A DNA stretch of 36,930 bases from an uncultured Gammaproteobacteria bacterium (GTDB taxonomy: Bacteria > Patescibacteriota > Patescibacteriia > UBA9934), in assembly GCA_964645815.1 (NCBI GenBank), contig CAZYCR010000003.1:1-36930 (forward strand), read 5' to 3'. A model generated the notes under the pieces. It was not told where the DNA came from. It ran no database searches and saw only the letters and a program-made list of their open reading frames with translations. The position numbers and the translations under genes were made by a program. Below are positions 25,941 to 34,500 of the stretch, piece by piece; position 1 is the first letter of the stretch, and each line of letters opens with the position of its first letter.

Positions 25941-26408
25941 ATGAATCTCTATCAAAAAATTCAAAACGACATTAAGGAGGCGATGAAGGGTAAAGACATG
26001 AAGACTCTTGGAGTCTTGCGTGTTCTTTTTGCTTCCATGAAAAATAAAGCCATTGATCTCAAACGTGAGCTTGAGGATCAAGAAGTTTTAGCTGCTGTCC
26101 GAGGAGACATCAAAAAATTGCAGGACGCTCTCACGGATTTTGAAAGAGGGGCGCGGCAAGATTTGATCGACAAAACCAATGAGGAGATTGCCATTTTAAA
26201 AACATATCTCCCACCAGAAATGGATGAGAGTGAGTTGCGCGCGATTGTTCACAAAAAAATTACTGAGCTCGATGCCAATGATATGAAAATGATGGGGCAG
26301 GTAATGGGAGCTGTGATGGCGGATGTTAAGGATAAGGTGGATGGAAGTAAAGTGAAGAAGATGGTTGAGGAGTTGTTGGGGAATAAAAAAGACGAAGAAA
26401 AAGGTTAA
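25941..26408 (+). CDS. yqeY: GatB/YqeY-domain protein
   Basis: MNLYQKIQNDIKEAMKGKD..LGVLR, the typical YqeY N-terminus, and MGQVMGAVMADVKDKVDGSKV, the typical C-terminus. ATG at 25941. The track start at 25872 overlaps the nuclease gene. Confidence 0.8.
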   Translation: MNLYQKIQNDIKEAMKGKDMKTLGVLRVLFASMKNKAIDLKRELEDQEVLAAVRGDIKKLQDALTDFERGARQDLIDKTNEEIAILKTYLPPEMDESELRAIVHKKITELDANDMKMMGQVMGAVMADVKDKVDGSKVKKMVEELLGNKKDEEKG

Positions 26409-26860
26409 TAAAAACAGACAATGCATTTCGGCACCGGATGCCTGGAGGCACTTCGTCTTTTAGATTCTCGTATCTGCAATCCTGAGCCTGACGAAGGATC
26501 TTCATGATTTACTTCTGGAGGCACTTCGTCCTCCCTCACGGTTGCAATATGAACAAAAGATCCTTCACTTCGTTCAGGATGGTACGTACTCTGTCGTGTT
26601 TACCATCCCGAGCGAAGCCGAGGGATCTTTTGAATTGATTCACGTCTGGGGTCTTCCAGCCCCAGGCCTCCAGACCCTGGGTTCAGTGATTCCTTGTAGA
26701 AATATCACTTCACCCGTCTCGGCGGTTCGAAGACAAACTATTGTCTTCTCACTTCGCCTCGACTCCTCGCTGAGTACGAGGAAAATATCATTCCACAGCC
26801 GGACTGCAGAAAACTCCCAAACTCCTGTATAATAAGGATACAAAATTCACTGCTTGTCGT
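26409..26860. other. non-coding, hairpin- and repeat-dense region (candidate structured RNA or long 5' UTR), strand undetermined
   Basis: Hairpins: a long imperfect one at 26558-26628, plus 26517-26534, 26646-26665, 26729-26748 and 26764-26782. A 16-nt direct repeat lies at 26442-26457 and 26515-26530. There are four exact CACTTCG heptamers. There is no convincing ORF. Confidence 0.5.
26558..26580 (-). repeat. dispersed 23-nt hairpin repeat, copy 2
   Basis: The reverse complement of agatccttcacttcgttcaggat equals 16086-16108 exactly. Confidence 0.9.
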
Positions 26861-28588
26861 GTGAGAAATATTGAGCGAACCTGGCTTAAAAAGTTTTTAC
26901 GTGGAGCCGTTTTTAGTGCGGTAATTTTTGCGTTGTGGCAAACGCCAACGTTTTTTGTAGAAGCTCAAACCGCTCTTGAGCGAACCGGTGCAGCGGCTAG
27001 TTTTCAAGAAGTTGAATTGGCAACAGTTATCGGTCGAATCATTGCTGTCTTCTTGGGAGTCTTGGGCGTTGTCTTTTTGGGCCTAGTCATCTATGCCGGC
27101 GTTTTGTTCATGACTGCTGCCGGTCGCGATGATCGAGTAGAAAAAGCTAAGAAAGTATTAACCAGCGCGGTCATCGGACTTATTATCACCATGAGCGCTT
27201 ATTCCATTACAGCTTTTGTAGTGCAAAGAATCACTGGCCAAGGTCTTTTTGGCACTAGCGGCGGCGGTGGCACTAGCGGCGGAGTTTCGATTGAACCTTT
27301 CTCCGGCTCTTTGGGCCGAGGAATCCGTGACCACTATCCGGCTCGCAACGCCACTAACGTTGCCCGCAACACCAAAATTTTCGTGACCTTCTCGGAGCAA
27401 ATGAATATTGAATCATTTATCGACGGTTATGACGTTTCTGGTTCACCGCTCGATCTTTCGGACGACACACCAGCTTCTGGTCTCAACGACCGTTTGATCA
27501 AAATTTACCCAACCGCTCAAGGCGAATCGGCCGCTTTAACTGCAACTGATGTCAGCGTGACTTTCACCGATGACTTGAGAACTTTTGTTTTCACTCCACC
27601 AATCCTGGGATCGGCTACGACCAATGTTCAGTACACTGTTGCACTAGATGATCGTCTGGAAAGCGCAACCGGTAATTCTATACTCAATGACGGTGGCTAT
27701 ATTTGGTCTTTCACTGTGGGAACTGTTTTGGATACTGAACCGCCAACTGTCACTCGAGTTACACCGCTCGCTGGCGGTACTTATGATCGTAACATCACAG
27801 TGCAGTTAACTTTTTCCGAAGCGCTTGATCCAACTTCGGCCAGCGGTCGATACAATCCGGCCAATGGCGAAAATTTTGAAAGTATTACTGTAGCCGGAAC
27901 TAGCAGCGGCGCAGTTTCGGGTGAATATTTAATTAGCAATGAATACAAAACAATTACTTTCCAGCCATCGGCAGCCTGCGGCATAAATTCTTGCGGCAAT
28001 ACTTTGTATTGTTTGAGCTCGGCCGACAGTATGACAGTCACTGCTTTTGCTGCCACCAATGATTTGTTCCCGTACAACGGAATTGTTGACGTTAATGGTA
28101 ATGCTTTGGACGGCGACGCCGACGGTCAGGCTGGCGGAAATTATAGTTGGGGCTTTACCACCACTGGCGACGTTCGTTTGAGCGGACCGGAAATTACTTT
28201 GATTACACCTGACATTGAGTCAAGCAACATCAATCTCGATCAGGATGTGATGATTACTTTTGATTCAGAATTAATGAGCTCCACTGTTAGCACGGAAAAT
28301 TTTGTACTGACCTCAAAACCGGAGCATGAGATGTGGTTCCGCACCAGCCAAGAATCAACGGCCGACAGTACTACAGTCACAGTCAAACATGGCGTTTTCT
28401 TGGAATCAACGGCCGACCAGACTTATTTGTACGGCATGAGCGTTGGGGAAGGTGTGCAAGATATTTATCAAAACTGTTTCCGACCGGCCAAAGGTCCGGG
28501 TAAAAATGGAGGTAGTTGTGGTACCAGTGCCAGTGCACCGTTTTGTTGCAATGGCGTGCCGCAATCAACCGAGTGCCAACTTTTTTAA
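26861..28588 (+). CDS. secreted/surface protein with N-terminal VirB2/TrbC-like pilin module, Gly-rich linker and Ig-like domains
   Basis: 575-aa ORF with a GTG start. It has a signal-like N-terminus. Two hydrophobic helices flank MTAAGRDDRVEKAKKVL. A GGGGTSGG linker follows, then beta-rich repeats of the SbsA/Big type and a Cys-rich C-terminus. Confidence 0.8.
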   Translation: MRNIERTWLKKFLRGAVFSAVIFALWQTPTFFVEAQTALERTGAAASFQEVELATVIGRIIAVFLGVLGVVFLGLVIYAGVLFMTAAGRDDRVEKAKKVLTSAVIGLIITMSAYSITAFVVQRITGQGLFGTSGGGGTSGGVSIEPFSGSLGRGIRDHYPARNATNVARNTKIFVTFSEQMNIESFIDGYDVSGSPLDLSDDTPASGLNDRLIKIYPTAQGESAALTATDVSVTFTDDLRTFVFTPPILGSATTNVQYTVALDDRLESATGNSILNDGGYIWSFTVGTVLDTEPPTVTRVTPLAGGTYDRNITVQLTFSEALDPTSASGRYNPANGENFESITVAGTSSGAVSGEYLISNEYKTITFQPSAACGINSCGNTLYCLSSADSMTVTAFAATNDLFPYNGIVDVNGNALDGDADGQAGGNYSWGFTTTGDVRLSGPEITLITPDIESSNINLDQDVMITFDSELMSSTVSTENFVLTSKPEHEMWFRTSQESTADSTTVTVKHGVFLESTADQTYLYGMSVGEGVQDIYQNCFRPAKGPGKNGGSCGTSASAPFCCNGVPQSTECQLF

Positions 28589-28591
28589 AAC

Positions 28592-31500
28592 ATGACTAAG
28601 AAAATTCTCACAATTTCCTTGCTTTTCTTGGCCACACTGACCGTGGGTCTCATTTTGATGCATACCCCAACCTTAGCTCAAGTCGATACCGGGTTGGAGA
28701 CTGTGGGCACTGAAGCTGGTTTGGCTGGTGACAGTCTGGGATTGATTATTGGACGGATTATTCAAGTGATTCTGGGTATTTTAGGTGTTGTTCTTTTGGG
28801 CTTCATGATTTACGGCGGCTATCTCTGGATGACCGCAGCCGGCAGTGACGAAAAAGTGGCTCGGGCCAAAAAAGTTTTAGTTAATGCCACCATTGGTTTG
28901 ATTATCGCTTTAGCTTCCTTTGCTATCACCACTTATGTTATTTCTGCAGTCGGCGGTAATGCCGGCGGCGGAGGTGGCACAGGAGGCGGCGGAGGAGGAG
29001 GTAGTGGTATTGGCTTGGGTCATGGCTCAGTGGCGCTTTTTACGGTCACAGGTTTTCAGCCGGACGGTGAAGTACCAATCAGAAACATTGCTTTACAAAT
29101 AACTTTTAGTAAAACTGTCGATGAGACTACGATAGATGGCGCAGTTCATGTCAGGCGAGCCGACAGTGGGGAAGAGGTCGCTGGAAGTTTGGAGGTTAAT
29201 TATAATCGGGTCACTTTCCGACCAAGTACAGCTTGTCCGGCACCGGACGAGGATCGTTTCTGCTTTGATGAAAACACTACTTATAACGTTTTGGTTGACT
29301 CTTCGATCGAAAGTCAGACAGGTTTGCAACTTAATTGCGCTTCCGGCTGTAGTTCCAGCTTTACCAGTGGCAGCATTGTTGATACGGATAATCCTTCTGT
29401 CGAATTAACTTACCCGCAAAGTGGTGCCAGGATCGCAGCCGGCGCAGTAAGTTTGGTTGAAGCTATGGCCGAGGATGACGCCGGGCTTTCCGGTGTTGAT
29501 TTTCTGAGTGAAGAACAAATCTTTGATTCAGTTTTGGTAACTTCGGAAGAAACCGGATCTCCACTTTCGGCGATAGTCGAAAGTTATTGGGAAACCTCAG
29601 GATTGCCGGAAGACAATTATTATACTTTGCGAGTGACAGCCTTCGACTTGGCCGGTAATACTGATGAAGATTCTTTGCGTGTTAAGATCAACCCAAGTAG
29701 TTGCTCTAATGGTAGGCTTGATGCTGACTTGGGAGAGACCGGCCTTGATTGTGGCGGAAGTTGCGGCGAATGTGACGGTGCTACTTGTGAAATAAATGAC
29801 GCATGCTCAAGCGGACTTTGCTTAACTGGAACTTGTACCACTCTGCCAACCATTTTATCGGTTACTCCGTCTAATGGCGCACCGGGCACCTATGTAACAA
29901 TTTCTGGTACAGATTTTGGCAGCAGTGGTGGCTATGTTGAGTTTACTGCTATCGGCGGCGGAACAGTGGCTGCAACTATTCCATCTTGCAGCAATGGTTG
30001 GAGTGCCGCTGAGGTCGTGGTGGAAGTGCCAAATGAAGCGATTGATGGTCCAATTTCCCTAACTACCAGAAACAATTTATTTGACAGTACTGATAATGAA
30101 TTTGGACCGATCATAAATAATTTTGATGTTAATACCACTTTGCGACCATCAATTTGTCGTTTGTCGCCAACTGCCGGAGTTGCCGGGTCAACACTTAATC
30201 TTTTTGGTAAAAACTTTGGCGGTAGCCAAGGAACTTCGGATATTAGATTTAATAATGATTTGGCAGCAACTTATCCAGCCTGGAGTGATGGTTCAGCGAG
30301 CGCTGTTGTGCCAAATCTAGCAGCAACAAATTACGGCGTGGCCGTGAACGTCGGCGGCGTGCTTTCCAATAGTTTGAATTTTAATCTGGGATCAACTGGT
30401 GAGGGCGGTACAGGTGGCACTGGCGGTACTGGTACCAGCGATCAGCCAATTATTAGTTATTTAAGTCCTGGTGACGGCGGTGTTGGTCAATATGTGACAA
30501 TTGTTGGTTCAGGTTTTGGCGATTTGGTCGGTTCGGTCTTCTTTGAAAATCAGTTGACCGGCGAACTGGCTCAGGGCGCCATTGATTTTCCGGCACTTTG
30601 TTTGGATGATTTTTGGAATAATCAAGAAATTACCGTAATTGTCCCAGTAAATTACACAAATGGTTCAGCTGTTGATTTGGGGGCATATGAAGTTTATGTG
30701 GCTCGCCAAGATGGGGCAGTTTCTCCAAGAGCCAATTTCACTGTAACCAGTGCCGAGCCTTTACCAGGCCTTTGTCGAATTGTTCCAAATCGGGCAGAGA
30801 CTGGAACCTCGGTCACTTTGATTGGTGATGGTTTTGGAAACAATCCAGGATCGATAACTTTTTATAATGAAGCCGGGGCTTTGAATATTGCTTCTTGGCG
30901 AGATGGAGAAGTGGAAGTCAGCGTGCCGGCAGCGGCCAGCTCTGGTCCGGTTCATCTCACTTCTGCAGCCGGTGGAAGATCTAATGAGGTTAATTTTGAG
31001 GTAGGCGCCGCAATAGTTCCTGGTGAAGAAGTAACTGTTGGTGCGGCAGCTTATGCCTGGAGTTTTTCAACCGGTATTTTGCCACGTACACCAGAACTGG
31101 CGATCGCCTGTACTGACACCTTGATCAGCGGTGTACCAAATAGCCTGTTCACTGATGCAGTTTGCGTTAATGCTAATGTTTATGGCGAGTTTAGTGTGCT
31201 CATGCAGAGCGCGGCCTTGGCTTATGGAGAAGCTGTTGTGGTTGAGGAATGTTTAAATGATCGTTGTTCCAATACAACGCCTGTTCCGGGTTCGGCACAA
31301 ATCAGCAGCAGTACCGGAGCGACAACTTTCCGCTGGCAGCCAAGCTCCAGTTACAACGGAGGTCTTTTCAAGACTTCAACAAAATATCAAGTTCGGATTA
31401 CCACTGACGCTACTTCTGTCGCCGGAGTGCCTCTAGCTCAAGAAGTAGTTTGGGATTTCACCACCAGTGAAAGCAGTGACAATTGTACAGTTGAAAAAGT

Positions 31501-34500
31501 ACGTGTTAGCCCAATTAAGGAAACTTTAAATATTCAAGGTGAGACTACTGAATTTGCCGCAGTTGCCAGCACCAATGATTGTCAGGTGCTCGATGCTGAT
31601 GCTTACGCTTGGGATTGGAGTATTGACCCATCGGTTGCATCCATCAACGACGGCACTTGCGAAAATACATCATCGGACGCTTGTGCAACGGCAGCGGCTT
31701 TAGCCGAAGGAGAGACGCCGGTTAGAGCAACCGAGCGTTCTAGTCAAATTTTTGGCGAAGGACTGCTAATTATCGATTATACTGATCCTTATATTATCAA
31801 CCAGGCACCTAATTGTGGTGAAGCCTGCGTTAATGCTGAAGTTGAAGCCAACTTTAATGTACCAATGGATATTGCCTCGGTTGAACGTGCGGGAGCGGCA
31901 ACACTTTATCGTTGTCAAAACGAACTTTGTCTTTCTTTCCCGGAAATGGTTTCCAATTCGGCCCAGTGTGTTTATGGGGAAGGCAGTGTTTGTTTGGGTC
32001 TTAAATTCAGCAACTTACCGACTCTCAAGACTGGAAATTATTATCGAGTCGTGATTTCTGGTGACGTTAAATCAGTTTCCGGTGTGCCACTCACCAGAAC
32101 CAATTATGGCGATGATTATTCTTGGACTTTTAGAGTTCGCGATTCTGCTGAAGCTTGTTCAATTTCACGGATTGATCTCTTACCAAGCGACGTTACTTTG
32201 AAAAATATTGGTGATCGGCAGATCTTTGCGGTGGCTGCCTACGGCGAAGCTGATTCATGCTCAGTCGCCGGTCAAAAATTGAGCAGCAGTAATTACAACT
32301 GGAACTGGGAAGACCCAATTATCGATCGCGCTGGCGTGGCTGAGTGGCTTAAAGTTAATGGCGTCTTGCTTGATTCTTCGATCAGTTCCGGAGTTTCCGG
32401 CTGTACCAGTTCCTGTTTGCCAACCGGCAGTCAACCTTATGGTGGAGTTTGTGGTAATGGAGTTTTGGATGTTGGCGAAGATTGTGACGACAGCAATATT
32501 ACTGACGGCGACGGTTGTTCATCAATTTGTTTGGCCGAAGGCCATTTGCCAGGTTCAATTTGTGGCGACGGCGTGATTGCTAATATCTCCGGTGCCGGAG
32601 AAGAGTGCGACGACGGTAATACAGACGACGGTGATGGTTGTTCGGCTCAGTGTACCAGAGAAGGCAGTGCTTCAGTTGGAGCAACTTGTGGCAATAACGA
32701 TGTGGCTAGAAATGAATTTGGCGCCGGTGAGGATTGCGACGACGGTAATCGCAGTTCAGGCGATGGTTGTTCCTCGGTTTGTCTTAATGAGGGTACACCA
32801 AAGATCGTCAGCATCTTGGCGACTTGTGGCAATAATGTTATTGAACCTCCGTTTGAAAGCTGTGACGACGGTAACTTAGCCAACAACGATGGTTGTTCCT
32901 CTGTTTGCGTTCGTGAAGGTTTAATCGCCGGAGCAACCTGCGGTAACGGTACAGTCGAGAGAAACAGCTTTACCAGTGCTGGTGAAGATTGTGATGGTGG
33001 TGAAGGTTGCGGCCGCGATTGTCGCTGGTTGGGATCCTCGTTTAATTATTCAGAACCATCGGTTTGTGCCGACGGTATTGCCGGAATCGGTGAGTACGAT
33101 CAATGTGAAATTGGAGCTGCCGGAGACGGTCGGCCAGACGGCAGCCAAGTGGCCATTATCAGTGAAGGAGCAGGAGAGTTTGTTGATCCAGATCTTTCCA
33201 AAGCCGAGGCTACTATTAGAGTCTCAACTCCATCCTCATCCTTGAGCGGCCGAGCAACTTTGGCTTTGTCTTGCGTTGCTGAAACTGATGCAGACTGTGA
33301 AGACGGCTATGGTCCGGCTGATAACCGCTGTTGCCTAGCTCGACCAAATCCTGATCTATTCCCGGCTGGAAACGATGTTTGTCGCAATGCCGCTATTTAT
33401 GCCATTTTTGATCAGAGAATGGATCTAAATTCATTCAATGGTAATGCCTATGTTCGACTTGTTGGCGGAAGTTGCCCAAGTTCACATGAAGTTGCTTTAG
33501 GGGACAACGCTTCTTGGTTGGCCAGATTGTGGCAAAAGATTTCAAACTTTGTGGCACCAGAACTTTTAGCTCAATCTGCTGGAGATTGTTTATTGCCACT
33601 CTCAGGATTTTCTCAATTTGAACGTCCAGACGGTACTTTCCAAGTTATCTTTAATTACAGTGTTGCCTTGGAGACCAACAGTGAATATGAAATCGTGCTC
33701 GAGGGCGACCAATTAGGCGATATCGCTGATAATGGTCGGGCTTTGGCAGACGGTATTTTGTCGGCTTCTGGCGTGGCCATGGAAGGCTCGCGAGTTCATC
33801 ATTTTATTACTTCTGATCGTTTGTGTGACTTGTCTAGAGTTGAAGTTTTGGATTCGTTCTCAGAACATCCGGGAGTCTTTAGAACTGCCAATGAACCGCA
33901 TGATTTATTTGCTACAGCTCTTACTAATCACAACGGCAGTTACGAAGAATTACAACCAATTCCTGGCGTATACGAATGGGAGTGGGCTGATTGGCAAGAA
34001 GATACCAATGGACGTTTTGTTACTTTGAGTAATCAAAATAATAATACTGTTACAGCGAGTTCCACCGAAGATTCTGGTCGTTCTCATGTCACGGCTACAG
34101 CTCGTTTAACTACTGACACAATCAATAATTCAATTGACCCAACTTCAGGTTTTGGTCAATCAGTCTCTGGAGACATCAGCTTTACAGCCGTGATTTGTAA
34201 TAATCCATGGCCAGCTTATGGTACTGATTTTCCTTACGAAAATAATGATTTCAATTTCTCTCTATATTATTGTCGCGACAGCGGCGGCCGGGAAACAGAT
34301 GATGACTTGCCGGCTCTTGCTGCACCTGTTGAGTCACCGGCTTCAGGTTCGGGCATTGTTTTGGGCGAATATTTCTTCCGCGTGTTACCAAACTTACCTG
34401 ATCTTGTTCCAACTAACCGTTCCAATGATGCCATTGGTTTGCGTATAGCGGAAAATCCAAATTACTTAAGCCCAACTGATTGGTATTTTGAGAACGGCTT

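Noticed and set aside
26442-26530. Possible CRISPR array, suggested by the 16-nt direct repeat ctggaggcacttcgtc.
   Set aside because: There are only two copies, 73 nt apart. There is no regular repeat-spacer periodicity and no cas genes in the window.
26542-26832. 96-aa + ORF and 67-aa - ORF (26640..26843) inside the structured intergenic region.
   Set aside because: The + ORF starts with TTG and has no SD. Its sequence is built from the hairpin repeats, for example ILHFVQDG from the 23-nt repeat. The two ORFs overlap each other. I judge the region non-coding, with only moderate certainty.
26409-26860. Tested whether the region is RNase P RNA, tmRNA, SRP RNA or a tRNA.
   Set aside because: Neither strand contains the GGAAAGUCC-type P4 box. 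There is no tRNA-like acceptor/T-arm with GGUUCGAAUCC pairing. The ggttcgaag at about 26724 has no matching stem. There is no SRP GGAAGCAGCC-type motif. By eye I cannot exclude a divergent or novel RNA.
28586-28594. The first surface-protein gene and the giant ORF are in the same frame, separated only by TAA-AAC. This raised possible stop read-through or a split pseudogene.
   Set aside because: The giant ORF has its own ATG and its own signal-like, pilin-like N-terminus paralogous to that of the upstream gene. Two tandem paralogs is the simpler reading.
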